From OCS116 cluster bacterium AG-390-A19 (lineage in GTDB: Bacteria > Pseudomonadota > Alphaproteobacteria > MED-G09), in the NCBI GenBank assembly GCA_003278145.1, contig QCGV01000001.1, positions 11,616 through 75,615 on the forward strand: a DNA stretch of 64,000 nucleotides. Direction: 5' to 3'. Positions 44,589 to 54,506 of this stretch are shown here, piece after piece; within the stretch, counting starts at the first letter, position 1; each line of letters begins with the position of its first letter. A model generated the notes under the pieces. That model saw only the letters and a list, made by a program, of their open reading frames with translations, was not told the DNA's origin and searched no databases. A program made the translations under genes and the position numbers.

Positions 44589-45641
44589 TTAATCTTCTAT
44601 TTGAATTCTTTCAGGGAGAAGAGGCTCTGATTCTAGAATTTTTTTGTCTATTTCTTTATTAACAGCTTCTATGTTAACCCATCTTTCTGATGAGGAGGGG
44701 TGAGTTGATGCATAAGAAATTGATCTAGGGTTTTCTACCGACATTCTCCTCCAGAAGTTTGCTACACCTTCTCTTTCAATTCCTGAATTAGCAAGAATAT
44801 ACATTCCAACATAATCAGCCTCTCGTTCAAAATCCTGACTATACATTTGTGCTCCTAGACTTCCAAATGTACCTCTTGTATTTACACCTGCACCTGCAGC
44901 TGCAAGATCAACAATCGTTCCTAATAAATAATTATTTGTCTTTTTCTCAATATGCCCCTCAATATTATGAGCTAACTCATGAGCTATAACCATTTGTAGT
45001 TCTTTATCCTCATCAATAAATCTCAGCATTCCTTGAGTTATATATATATTTTTACCATCAGCAAAAGCGTTAAGCGAATTATCCTGTCTTAAAATAATTC
45101 TATGATTACAAATTTTAACTGGATTAACCTCAAATATTTGAATTTCATTATCTCTTTCAACTTTAACTCTAACTTTATTTTTACCGAAAATTCTTTTTCT
45201 AGTATTTTTTATAATATCATCACCTTCCCAGCTATATTCAGGGGAGCTTATTTCTATAATCTTATCTTTTTTCTTTAAACCAGAAATATCAGCTGGTGAT
45301 GATTCTATGACATACAATATTTGGGGTTCATTTGTTAAACCGATTTTTTCTGAGGCGGCATTTTTATAATTTTTATCAATTTCATTGAGAGATATAACTT
45401 CAATTCCAATAGTTTCAGTTATATTTTCTTTGCAAAAATCTAGTGAGGATGAAAGAATTGGCCATGCAATATTATTTAATTTTTCGACACGATTATAATA
45501 TGTTTCAAGAGCTATTCCTTGCATAATGGCTTTTTCTTTTTCGTTGTCTGAGTCAAGACCTCTGCTTGTAATTGTAGTTGGTGACTCGCAAGATGAACAA
45601 ATTAATGTAATAGCTGTAAGTAAAAATATTTTTTTCAACAT
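44589..45641 (-). CDS. M48 family metallopeptidase lipoprotein
   Basis: The track start (45716) runs through tRNA-Phe. The real start is ATG 45641 (MLKKIFLLTAITLICSSC, lipobox-like). Zinc motif HELAHN. Confidence 0.85.
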   Translation of the reverse strand: MLKKIFLLTAITLICSSCESPTTITSRGLDSDNEKEKAIMQGIALETYYNRVEKLNNIAWPILSSSLDFCKENITETIGIEVISLNEIDKNYKNAASEKIGLTNEPQILYVIESSPADISGLKKKDKIIEISSPEYSWEGDDIIKNTRKRIFGKNKVRVKVERDNEIQIFEVNPVKICNHRIILRQDNSLNAFADGKNIYITQGMLRFIDEDKELQMVIAHELAHNIEGHIEKKTNNYLLGTIVDLAAAGAGVNTRGTFGSLGAQMYSQDFEREADYVGMYILANSGIEREGVANFWRRMSVENPRSISYASTHPSSSERWVNIEAVNKEIDKKILESEPLLPERIQIED

Positions 45642-45655
45642 TAGTCTTTCTCTAA

Positions 45656-45731
<76 letters not shown>

Positions 45732-45806
45732 AAATAAATAAATATTACCATATAATGAGGTAATATAACCTTCCGTTACTAAGAGACAAGCCTAAATATA
45801 CTATAT

Positions 45807-45956
45807 TTAAATATCAATTTTTTTCTGATTATTATCAATATGATAGCTTTCACCTAGCCATCTATTAAGATCTACTTGAGAACATCTTTTTGAACAAAAT
45901 GGGAAAAAATCTTTATTTGCAATTTTTTTGCAAGTTGGACATTTTGATTTAGTCAT
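45807..45956 (-). CDS. yacG: DNA gyrase inhibitor YacG (zinc finger), 49 aa, absent from the ORF track
   Basis: MTKSKCPTCKKIANKDFFPFCSKRCSQVDLNRWLGESYHI... carries the CPxC...FCSxRCxxxDLxxW signature. It lies downstream of infA. Confidence 0.8.
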   Translation of the reverse strand: MTKSKCPTCKKIANKDFFPFCSKRCSQVDLNRWLGESYHIDNNQKKIDI

Positions 45957-45970
45957 TAATTACCACTAAA

Positions 45971-46189
45971 TTATTTATGTCTATATGTTATACGCCCCTT
46001 TGTAAGATCGTATGGTGTCATTTCAACCGTTACTTGATCTCCAGCTAGAACACGGATTCTATTTTTTCTCATCTTACCAGCTGTATGGGCAATTATTTCA
46101 TGGTCGTTATCAAGTTTTACCTTAAAAGTTGCATTAGGTAAAAGCTCTAATACCGTTCCAGGAAATTCTAATAGTTCTTCTTTAGCCAC
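45971..46189 (-). CDS. infA: translation initiation factor IF-1
   Basis: 72 aa, [51 protein letters not shown]... Confidence 0.97.
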   Translation of the reverse strand: MAKEELLEFPGTVLELLPNATFKVKLDNDHEIIAHTAGKMRKNRIRVLAGDQVTVEMTPYDLTKGRITYRHK

Positions 46190-46264
46190 AAAGTCTCCGT
46201 TTAATAAAAATCTCTTATAGCAAACAAAATACAGTTATTAAAGTAATGAATTTTTTAAATAATT

Positions 46265-46732
46265 CTAAATATATAATGAATACATAAGAGTAAATAATCT
46301 TCGAGAGGTATTTTTATCAATGTTAAAATCTTTATTTAAAATGGATAAAAGGTTTTCAGCACCGTCATCATGAATTTTCCTTCTTACTTTTTCTATTCCC
46401 TCAATTTTTTCAACTGAACCATTTCTGATCGACTCATAATAATTAGAACAGGCATTATGATAATCCTTAAATATTTTTTTCAATTTACTTATTGAGCTAC
46501 TGAATTGATATATATCTTTGTTATCTTCATTTTTTAATTTTATTAAAAGTATTCCTTCCTCTACAGAAATATTCATTATAAATGGCCCATTACTTTTCTC
46601 ATCAATTATTTCAAAATAATTTTCAGATATTAAATCATAGATAGCCGCTTCTCTTTCATAATTTATAAATTCATTTAATTTATTTTTATCGCTATCACTA
46701 AACTCAATCTTAGAGATTTTATTATTTTCCAT
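46265..46732 (-). CDS. UPF0262 family protein
   Basis: 155 aa. Its position directly after hisD and the ...EREAAIYDLISENYFEI... block match the alphaproteobacterial UPF0262 family as I recall it. Confidence 0.7.
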   Translation of the reverse strand: MENNKISKIEFSDSDKNKLNEFINYEREAAIYDLISENYFEIIDEKSNGPFIMNISVEEGILLIKLKNEDNKDIYQFSSSISKLKKIFKDYHNACSNYYESIRNGSVEKIEGIEKVRRKIHDDGAENLLSILNKDFNIDKNTSRRLFTLMYSLYI

Positions 46733-48029
46733 TTAATCTTACCTGTATAGATTTAGCGTGTGCGTCTAAACCTTCACACTCAGCAATAATACTTGCAGAG
46801 GGGCCAAGTGTTTTTATAGTTTTTTGGTTATTTCTAATTGATGAAATTTTTTTAATAAAATTATAAACAGATAAACCAGAAGAGTTCTTAGATGCACCAT
46901 TTGTAGGTAATACATGACTTGGTCCTAAAATATAATCACCCATTGCTTCAGGTGTCCATTTTCCTATGAAGATTACACCAGCATTAGTTATATTCTTCTC
47001 AATTTTTTGAGCATTTTTAAACATTAGTGAAAGGTGTTCAGGAGCGATTTCATTAATTAAATTATAGGATTTTTTTAAATCTTTGATAATTATAATTAAT
47101 CCATTTCTATTAATACTCTCTTTTATTATTTCTGATCTATTAGATGTCTTTATAAAAGATTTAATATTTTTACTAACGTCATTAGCAAATGTTTCATTAT
47201 CAGTTATTAAAATTGATTGAGCAGACTCATCATGCTCAGATTGAGCTAACATATCATAAGCTACCCATTCAGAATTATTGTACTTATCTGCAACAATTAA
47301 AATTTCGCTTGGTCCCGCAAACATATCAATTTTAACATCTCTTACTACTTGTTTTTTTGCTTCAGCAACCCATTGATTTCCTGGCCCTACAATAACATCA
47401 ACTGGATCTATAGTTTCTGTTCCATAAGTTAGCGCTCCAATTGCTTGGGCACCCCCAACACGAAAGATTTTTTTAATTCCACAAAGCTCGGCGGCAACTA
47501 ATGAAAGCGGATTAATTTCTCCTGAAGAAGGGACAGTCATTATTATTTCATTAACACCTGCTACTTTTGCAGGAATTGCACTCATAAGAACTGAACTCGG
47601 ATAGGATGCCTTACCTCCTGGTGCATAAACACCTGCTCTTTCTAGGGGAAGCCAGCGAGTTTTAATATTCATACCTTCTTTATCTTTATAAAAGGTGTTT
47701 TTAGGCATTTGTTTTTTATGAAATCTTTCAATTCGACTAGCTGCAAGCTTTAAAGCTTTAATACTATTGGTGCTGCATAAATTTTTTGCCTTTTTTATTT
47801 CATTTGGCTTTACCCTCAGATTATTTGATGGATCTTTAATATTATCAAATTTTTTTGCGTACTTAAAAAGTGCTTCATCTTTATTCTTTTTTATATCATT
47901 GAGGATTTTTTTAACTTTTAATTCAATTGTACTTGATTGAAGTCTTTTTAAATTAATTATTTTTTCAAGATTAGTATTAAAATTTTTATCACTATATTTT
48001 ATTATTTTAATCATTTTAATCCTCTTCAT
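46722..48029 (-). CDS. hisD: histidinol dehydrogenase
   Basis: 435 aa with GGAQAIGALTYGT, QSEHDE and HLSL motifs. An alternative start at 48014 (MIKIIKY) is possible. Confidence 0.93.
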   Translation of the reverse strand: MKRIKMIKIIKYSDKNFNTNLEKIINLKRLQSSTIELKVKKILNDIKKNKDEALFKYAKKFDNIKDPSNNLRVKPNEIKKAKNLCSTNSIKALKLAASRIERFHKKQMPKNTFYKDKEGMNIKTRWLPLERAGVYAPGGKASYPSSVLMSAIPAKVAGVNEIIMTVPSSGEINPLSLVAAELCGIKKIFRVGGAQAIGALTYGTETIDPVDVIVGPGNQWVAEAKKQVVRDVKIDMFAGPSEILIVADKYNNSEWVAYDMLAQSEHDESAQSILITDNETFANDVSKNIKSFIKTSNRSEIIKESINRNGLIIIIKDLKKSYNLINEIAPEHLSLMFKNAQKIEKNITNAGVIFIGKWTPEAMGDYILGPSHVLPTNGASKNSSGLSVYNFIKKISSIRNNQKTIKTLGPSASIIAECEGLDAHAKSIQVRLNGK

Positions 48030-48438
48030 GGACAGGCTTATTTCGAATCTTCCATGAATCTCCCATATCTGTTAGAAATGCTTCAATACTCTCTACATCA
48101 ATAGTTATAGATTTATTATTAGAAAATTCTAAAAAAATTGAACCACTAGGTTTTACTTTACTTTCAAACCTTATTGCAAGAAGTACAAGAATGTCATCAT
48201 TAGATTGTTTTTCAATACCAATAGATTTTACTGTATCGGCGTAGTCAAAATGAATAGCGCATCTTATTCTAGATGGATCTTCTTCTTCGTGACGATATCT
48301 ATTCATCAATAAAGCAAATCTTTTGGTTTTATTATCGTAGCCCATTTCATTTGTTTTAATAATGGAATCTTGGGTTAGAGATGAGATGATAGTGAGCTGT
48401 TCCTCATCTTGGGCGATCAATTTCAAATTACTACTCAT
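48016..48438 (-). CDS. DUF2948 family protein
   Basis: 140 aa with LKLIAQDEEQLTIISSLTQDSII...KRFALLMNRYRHE. It sits in the conserved murA-hisD spacer position. Confidence 0.7.
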   Translation of the reverse strand: MSSNLKLIAQDEEQLTIISSLTQDSIIKTNEMGYDNKTKRFALLMNRYRHEEEDPSRIRCAIHFDYADTVKSIGIEKQSNDDILVLLAIRFESKVKPSGSIFLEFSNNKSITIDVESIEAFLTDMGDSWKIRNKPVHEED

Positions 48439-49714
48439 TCTTATCTCTTTTTCTTTCTATTGCTGCTCCGCAGGATTTCAATTTCTCTTCTATTTTATCA
48501 AAACCTCTATCTAAATGATATACTCGTCTTATAGTTGATGTTCCCTCTGCTCTCAAGGCTGCAATTATTAATGATGCTGAGGCTCTTAAATCTGTTGCCA
48601 TTAAAGGTGCTCCATAAAGTTTCTTTACCCCGTCAACAATAGCAGTATCGCTTTGAAGTTCAATTTTTGCTCCTAACCTTACAAGCTCTTGGACATGCAT
48701 AAATCTATTTTCAAAAATAGTCTCTTTAATTCTACTTCTACCTTTTGAATAGGTCATTAAAGCCATAAACTGAGCTTGTAAATCTGTTGGAAAACCTGGA
48801 TAGGGTTTTGTTTCGATATCTGTAGGCTGAATTATTCTATTTTTCTTAATAAGTTCGATAGAGTTTTTATGTGATTTTATATTTACATCAGTATTTTCTA
48901 ATAGATATCTTAAAGTTTCAATTTCTCTTATACTTATCGAATTTAATTTTAATTTACCACCTGTTGCCGCTAAGGCTAAAGCATAAGTTCCGGCCTCAAT
49001 TCGATCAGGCGGTGAAATAATATCTAAACCTTTAAGATATGAACATCCTTTTACAATAATTTTATTAGTTCCGTGCCCTGTTATGTGAGCGCCCATTTTA
49101 TTTAACATTTTAGCAAGCGAGATTACCTCTGGTTCCATTGCTGCGTTTCTTAGTATTGATTCTCCTTCAATTAAAGATGACATCATTAAAAAAAAGTGAG
49201 TAACACCAACAGATGGAAAATCTAATTTATAGTTAATTGGTTTTAAATTATTTCTCACAGATGCCTGTACGTAGCCATCTTTTATTGTTATTAAAGCACC
49301 CATTTTTTCCAACATTGATAAATAAAAGTTAATAGGCCTTATACCTATTGCACAGCCACCAGGAAGAGAAACTTTTGCTTCTCCATATCTCAAAATTAGA
49401 GGTGCTAAAACCCAAAAACTTGCCCTCATTTTTCTTACTAAATTATAAGAAGCTAAATTATTTTTTATTTTCTTTGTTTGAATGATTAATTTGTATGAGG
49501 AATTATTTTCATTTTTTAATTCAAACTCCGAACCAAGAGTTTCAATTAATTCAAGTAGGGTAGATACATCTGATAGATTAGGAATATTTCTAATTATAAC
49601 CTTATCTTTAGTTAATAAAGAAGCAATTACCATGGGAAGAGAAGCATTTTTAGATCCTGAAATATTTATTTCACCTTCTAAGAAATTCCCACCTTTGATT
49701 TGAATTAAATCCAT
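48431..49714 (-). CDS. murA: UDP-N-acetylglucosamine 1-carboxyvinyltransferase
   Basis: The start is taken at ATG 49714 (MDLIQIKGG...ISGSKNASLP), not the TTG two codons upstream. The active-site loop is PGGCAIG. Confidence 0.95.
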   Translation of the reverse strand: MDLIQIKGGNFLEGEINISGSKNASLPMVIASLLTKDKVIIRNIPNLSDVSTLLELIETLGSEFELKNENNSSYKLIIQTKKIKNNLASYNLVRKMRASFWVLAPLILRYGEAKVSLPGGCAIGIRPINFYLSMLEKMGALITIKDGYVQASVRNNLKPINYKLDFPSVGVTHFFLMMSSLIEGESILRNAAMEPEVISLAKMLNKMGAHITGHGTNKIIVKGCSYLKGLDIISPPDRIEAGTYALALAATGGKLKLNSISIREIETLRYLLENTDVNIKSHKNSIELIKKNRIIQPTDIETKPYPGFPTDLQAQFMALMTYSKGRSRIKETIFENRFMHVQELVRLGAKIELQSDTAIVDGVKKLYGAPLMATDLRASASLIIAALRAEGTSTIRRVYHLDRGFDKIEEKLKSCGAAIERKRDKNE

Positions 49715-49716
49715 AC

Positions 49717-49836
49717 TCAATCTTCTTTATTTTTTAAATTTTGTTTTTTTATTTGTTGTTTTCGCCTTCTCAAATTTTTCCTTAATGCTTCGTATAATTT
49801 TTGATCTTTAATTTTATCTTTTTCTTTATTTTTCAT
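49717..49836 (-). CDS. hypothetical 39-aa lysine/arginine-rich peptide upstream of murA
   Basis: MKNKEKDKIKDQKLYEALRKNLRRRKQQIKKQNLKNKED. Its TGA ends 2 nt before the murA ATG. The RBS is weak. Confidence 0.25.
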   Translation of the reverse strand: MKNKEKDKIKDQKLYEALRKNLRRRKQQIKKQNLKNKED

Positions 49837-49913
49837 AATTTTAAAAACCTTTAGCTTTAGACGGGTAATTATTTATTGACATACTTGTATCTTTAGTTGA
49901 TTTAACTTAGTAA

Positions 49914-49988
<75 letters not shown>

Positions 49989-50225
49989 TTTTAAATTCTT
50001 TATATATTAACATTATCATTATCTGGGTAAAATTTAAAAAATTTGTAATTTATTCTCAATTTAAACTGACTGTTATTTTTAGAATCAATTTTTTCTAAAA
50101 AAAGTAAATTCTAATTATAATTGTGTCCATATAATTTTTTTTAAATACCCAAATAATGGCTATTTTGCAGGCTTTTTATAATATTTAAAATAAATTATGG
50201 CTAAAATATGTCAAAAAAAAGGAAA

Positions 50226-50260
50226 GATTTGTTGACAAATCATTATTAAAAATATGGAAT
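50226..50260 (+). promoter_or_regulatory. candidate promoter TTGACA-17-TGGAAT overlapped by palindrome GATTTGT-TG-ACAAATC
   Basis: The 7-2-7 palindrome is at 50226-50241. TTGACA is at 50232-50237 and TGGAAT at 50255-60. A third GATTTGT copy occurs near 50270. Confidence 0.3.
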
Positions 50261-50317
50261 CCCAATATTGATTTGTTTTTTTAATAGATCATTCAAACAT
50301 GCAAGGGAGGATATAGC

Positions 50318-50539
50318 ATGCTAAATACTGCAAAAAACTTTCTAAGTGAAGTTGTATCATTAGGTCTTTTATTGATAGCTGTAGGCGTTGTTCTACAAGT
50401 TATTTTTGGTTCAGCTGTTCCATTTGTTGGTGGTGACATTGTTGGAAATTTAACAAACCTTATTGGTAGCCTTGGCGAAGGTGGTTTAGTAGGATTAATT
50501 TCAATTGGAATTATTCTTTACTTAATTCAACGTGCTTAA
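50318..50539 (+). CDS. hypothetical 73-aa two-TM membrane protein
   Basis: It has the strongest SD in the window (AAGGGAGG, 7 nt before the ATG), two Gly-rich hydrophobic segments, and its own terminator. Confidence 0.65.
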   Translation: MLNTAKNFLSEVVSLGLLLIAVGVVLQVIFGSAVPFVGGDIVGNLTNLIGSLGEGGLVGLISIGIILYLIQRA

Positions 50540-50561
50540 ATAAAAAATTATTTTTTTAATT

Positions 50562-50590
50562 AGGGGTATCTTTTGATACCCCTTTTTTTT
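50562..50590 (+). terminator. rho-independent terminator (AGGGGTATC-TTTT-GATACCCCT + T7)
   Basis: Perfect 9-bp stem, 4-nt loop and a T-run. Confidence 0.85.
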
Positions 50591-50625
50591 ATTAAATTAA
50601 AACTTATAAAATTTTGGAGTTTATT

Positions 50626-51018
50626 ATGTCAAAAACTGGTAGTTGTTTGTGTGGAGATGTTAATTTTTCCTATAAATCAGATCCTGTTATGTTCTTAATG
50701 TGTCATTGTACAGATTGTCAGAAATCAACAGGAAGTCCTGTTGCATCTATAATTGTTGTTTCTGAGAATGAGTTTAGCTTCAGTGGTCCAACCAGCAGTT
50801 ATGAATGTGAAGCAAAAGTTACTAGATCATTTTGTAAAATTTGTGGTTCTCAAGTTTTCAGTCGAATTGAGAGTGCACCAGGAGTTGTCGCAATTAAAAC
50901 AGGCGTTTTGGATGAACAACCAACTACTAAGCCTAATTTAGTATGCTGGACAAAAAGTAAACCTGATTGGTTCGAAATAAGTCACCCGGAAGTTTCCTTT
51001 AAAGAAAATCCAAATTAA
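50626..51018 (+). CDS. GFA (glutathione-dependent formaldehyde-activating / CENP-V) family protein
   Basis: The start moves to ATG 50626, after GGAG. The Cys-rich zinc motifs are GSCLCG ... CHCTDCQKSTGSP ... CKICGS. Confidence 0.85.
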   Translation: MSKTGSCLCGDVNFSYKSDPVMFLMCHCTDCQKSTGSPVASIIVVSENEFSFSGPTSSYECEAKVTRSFCKICGSQVFSRIESAPGVVAIKTGVLDEQPTTKPNLVCWTKSKPDWFEISHPEVSFKENPN

Positions 51019-51101
51019 AATGAGACATTCAGTCACATAAATTTTAAATTATTTTAATAGTATTTTTTTGTATAATTATTAAATACTAGGAATAATTAAA
51101 A

Positions 51102-52367
51102 ATGATTAAAAAATCGCGAAGAGAATTTATTAAAAATGCAGGGTTAGGGTGCCTCTCTCTATCTGTTACCCCTTATTTGATTGGAATTAATAATGAGGCC
51201 TCTTCTGAAACTGTTGGCAACTTTAATAAACATAGTTTTTTAAACCCTAATCTTATCAGCTGGAATGATATTGGTCCTCTTCAAGATCCAAACGAATTCG
51301 GCGTCATGGTTCCAAAAGGCATGCAATGTAAGTTAATTGCTCAGTCAGGAAAAAAAATATCTAATTCATATATTTGGCATGGCTCTCCTGACGGGGCGTC
51401 TATTTTTCCAAGTAACAATGGCTGGATATATGTAAGTAATTCTGAGCTTGGAGATAATGAAGGCGGCGTAGGAGTAATTAAGTTTAATAGAGATGGTAAT
51501 ATTGAAGATTCATATTCTATTCTCCAGAATTCCTCAAGAAATTGTTCAGGAGGTAAAACTCCATGGAATACATGGTTATCATGCGAAGAGCATTCCAAAG
51601 GAATTGTATGGGAAACATCACCTATCAAAAATGATCCTAATTTTCCAAAAAAAAGGGAAATGTTAGGAGCCTTTAGGCATGAAGGTGCAGCAATAGATCC
51701 AAAATCAAATTTTATTTACATGACTCATGACGATATGGAAGGTTTTTTTTATAGGTTCATTTCAAATGAAATTGCAGGTTCAGAAGAATACTATTTAAGG
51801 GGTGAATTACAAGCCGCAAAAGTTAATAGTGATGCATCAGTTACCTGGATTAAAGTCCCTGATCCACTTGCAAAAGAGAAATCAATAATAGAACAAATTC
51901 CTGAAGCAACTGTATTTAAAAGAGGAGAAGGTATTGCTTATTTTAATAGAAAGATCTTCTTCACAACTACACATGATCATAGAGTATGGATTTATGAGCC
52001 AGACATAAATAAAATATCACTTTTCTATGATGGTATTCAAAAAAATAATTATACAAATCCTTTTAATTTTTTTAACAGATGGAGAAAAGATAGCGATGGT
52101 TATGTATTAAAAAGCCCTGACCAGATGACTGTTAATGCTGATGGCTATCCTTTGGTTGCAGAAGATGGAGATAATATGGAACTTTGTTTTCTTGATAATG
52201 ATGGTTTCGCAAAACCCTTGGTTCGATTAGATGGTCATTGGCTTTCAGAAATTACAGGACCAGCTTTTTCTCCCGATGGATCAAGACTATATTTTTCATC
52301 TCAGAGAGGTAGAACCGGCTCACGAAGAACTGGTGGAATGACTTTTGAAATAAAAAAAATAGTTTAA
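51102..52367 (+). CDS. Tat-exported DUF839 / PhoX-like beta-propeller protein (short form)
   Basis: 421 aa with twin-arginine signal KSRREFIKNAGLG and the PhoX-like block NCSGGKTPWNTWLSCEE. Confidence 0.7.
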   Translation: MIKKSRREFIKNAGLGCLSLSVTPYLIGINNEASSETVGNFNKHSFLNPNLISWNDIGPLQDPNEFGVMVPKGMQCKLIAQSGKKISNSYIWHGSPDGASIFPSNNGWIYVSNSELGDNEGGVGVIKFNRDGNIEDSYSILQNSSRNCSGGKTPWNTWLSCEEHSKGIVWETSPIKNDPNFPKKREMLGAFRHEGAAIDPKSNFIYMTHDDMEGFFYRFISNEIAGSEEYYLRGELQAAKVNSDASVTWIKVPDPLAKEKSIIEQIPEATVFKRGEGIAYFNRKIFFTTTHDHRVWIYEPDINKISLFYDGIQKNNYTNPFNFFNRWRKDSDGYVLKSPDQMTVNADGYPLVAEDGDNMELCFLDNDGFAKPLVRLDGHWLSEITGPAFSPDGSRLYFSSQRGRTGSRRTGGMTFEIKKIV

Positions 52368-53054
52368 TTATTTTTGTAAAATTTTATTTGCATTTTCTTC
52401 GAATTTTTTTACTTCTTCTGAGTTATCGTCCTCCGGCAGTTCTAATGGATGAGGAACTTCAACACCTTTTTTACAGGCAGGTCTTTCTCCAACAAGTTCC
52501 ATCCATCTCATGAGGTTTGGTAAATCATCTATTTCGACACCAGACCATTTATGTATTCTAATCCAAGACCAATTTGCAATATCTGCTAATGAAAAATCAC
52601 CTGCTAGATATTCATTGTCATTAAGATGGTCATTAATGACTGTGAATAGTCTTTTACTCTCATTTTGATAACGATCTATTACAGATTGAATTTTTTCTGG
52701 GAAATATCGATAAAAGACGTTTGCTTGACCCATCATTGGTCCAATCCCGCCCATCTGAAACATTAGCCACTGAAGAACTTTTGCTTTTTTTAAAGGATCC
52801 TTTGGTAAAAGCTTACCCTCTTTTTCAGCTAGATAAATCATTATTGCTCCAGACTCGAAAACAGCTAAGTCATTTTCACCTCTGTCAACTATCGCAGGGA
52901 TGCGTCCATTAGGATTAATTTTTAAAAAAGATGACTCTTTTTGTTCACCTTTAATTAAATCTATAGGAATAATATTATAAGGAATGCTTAATTCCTCTAG
53001 AGTAATTGAAACTTTCCAACCATTTGGAGTGGATGCTGTATACAAATCTATCAT
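52368..53054 (-). CDS. yfcG: Nu-class glutathione S-transferase (YfcG-like)
   Basis: 228 aa, collinear with E. coli YfcG as recalled (MIDLY..TPNG.K...LEE ... IPAIVD ... FESGAI.IYLAEK ... QWL.FQMGG.GPM.GQ). Confidence 0.8.
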   Translation of the reverse strand: MIDLYTASTPNGWKVSITLEELSIPYNIIPIDLIKGEQKESSFLKINPNGRIPAIVDRGENDLAVFESGAIMIYLAEKEGKLLPKDPLKKAKVLQWLMFQMGGIGPMMGQANVFYRYFPEKIQSVIDRYQNESKRLFTVINDHLNDNEYLAGDFSLADIANWSWIRIHKWSGVEIDDLPNLMRWMELVGERPACKKGVEVPHPLELPEDDNSEEVKKFEENANKILQK

Positions 53055-53154
53055 ACTTTTCTCACATTAATGTTTTTAAAATTACATTTAAAAAACCTTT
53101 GATCAATAAAAATATTATGATTGACGCAATGAAAATCGTTTGCAAGGTTTGTAT

Positions 53155-54480
53155 ATGAAAAAATTAACTACACCCATTTTAGTGGCTTATGGAGGTCTTG
53201 CAGTACCTCTTGCTGCTCTTGGCCTTCCTTTAGCCGTTTACATCCCTCCTTTTTATGCTGGACCAATTGGTTTGGGAGTAGGCACAGTGGGTATAATTTT
53301 TATGGTAGCAAGATTTTGGGATATCTTTACTGATCCTATAATGGGAATGATTGTAGATCGATATCCTAGCAAATGGGGTAAACGTAAGCATTGGATTGCT
53401 ATTGGTGTCCCAGTTTTAATGCTTGCGGCCTGGTTTATTTTTTTTCCAGGGGGTAGTCAGTCAACATTTTATCTTATTTTTTGGCTATTTATTCTGTATT
53501 TGGCTTTTACTTTTGTTGGATTGACTCAACAGGCATGGGGAGTTGATATTTCAAAAAGTTATAACGATAGATCAAAAGTTTATGGTTGGAGAGAGATTGG
53601 ATCAATTTTTGGAATGATGTCAGTTTTAGCTTTGCCGGCTATTTTAGAAAATGCTGGATCTAATTTTACTGAGATGATCGCCGGTATGGGTTATTTTTTT
53701 ATTATTGTTCTACCCATTACAGCACTGATTGGATTAATTATTATTCCAGATAATGGAAGAAATGAAGGGACAAGTTTTCCAAGTTTTTCAGATCTACCAT
53801 TAATTTTGAAAGATAATAGGCCTTTAATTAGAACATTATTAATAGAATTTTTATGTAGTAGCGCCTCATCAATATCTGCAGTTACATACATATATCTTGC
53901 TAAACACGTTTTTGATTTAGAAGAAATTTCAAGTAGAATACTGTTTTTATATTTCTTTGCTGGTTTATTAGTAATGCCACTTTGGATGAAAGTATCTTAC
54001 TTGATAGGCAAGCCTAAGACTTTGTTTATCTCAACAATTTTATGCTCACTTACCTTGGCTTCTTATTTATTTATAAATACAAATGATGCGCTCATAACGT
54101 TAGTAATTTTGACAATTTTATATGGAATTGGATATGGGGCACCATTTACCCTAACAAGAGCCTTAATGGCAGATATAGTTGATGCAGATGAGTTAAAAAG
54201 TAAGAAAAAAAGGCCAGGTTTATTTTATTCAATACTTACAACTTTTTCAAAAGTTGGAGCCGCAATTGCAGTTGGTCTGGTGTATACCTATTTGGAGTTT
54301 AATGGATTTAAACCAGATCAGGTTGCATCGGAAAAAATTAGAGAAATCTTATTGTTTGTTTTTGCTTTTATTCCAATGTTTTTATATTTTTGTGCTTCTT
54401 TATTTTGTATTGGGTATGAGTTAACATCAGAAAAACATAAAGAGATTCAAAAACAACTTGAACTTAGGAATGGGACTTAA
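53155..54480 (+). CDS. MFS/GPH family transporter
   Basis: The start moves to ATG 53155 (MKKLTTP). GPH signature WDIFTDPIMGMIVDRYPSKWGKRKHW. Confidence 0.8.
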   Translation: MKKLTTPILVAYGGLAVPLAALGLPLAVYIPPFYAGPIGLGVGTVGIIFMVARFWDIFTDPIMGMIVDRYPSKWGKRKHWIAIGVPVLMLAAWFIFFPGGSQSTFYLIFWLFILYLAFTFVGLTQQAWGVDISKSYNDRSKVYGWREIGSIFGMMSVLALPAILENAGSNFTEMIAGMGYFFIIVLPITALIGLIIIPDNGRNEGTSFPSFSDLPLILKDNRPLIRTLLIEFLCSSASSISAVTYIYLAKHVFDLEEISSRILFLYFFAGLLVMPLWMKVSYLIGKPKTLFISTILCSLTLASYLFINTNDALITLVILTILYGIGYGAPFTLTRALMADIVDADELKSKKKRPGLFYSILTTFSKVGAAIAVGLVYTYLEFNGFKPDQVASEKIREILLFVFAFIPMFLYFCASLFCIGYELTSEKHKEIQKQLELRNGT

Positions 54481-54506
54481 TTAAATAAAATTTTGGGGAG
54501 AATAAA

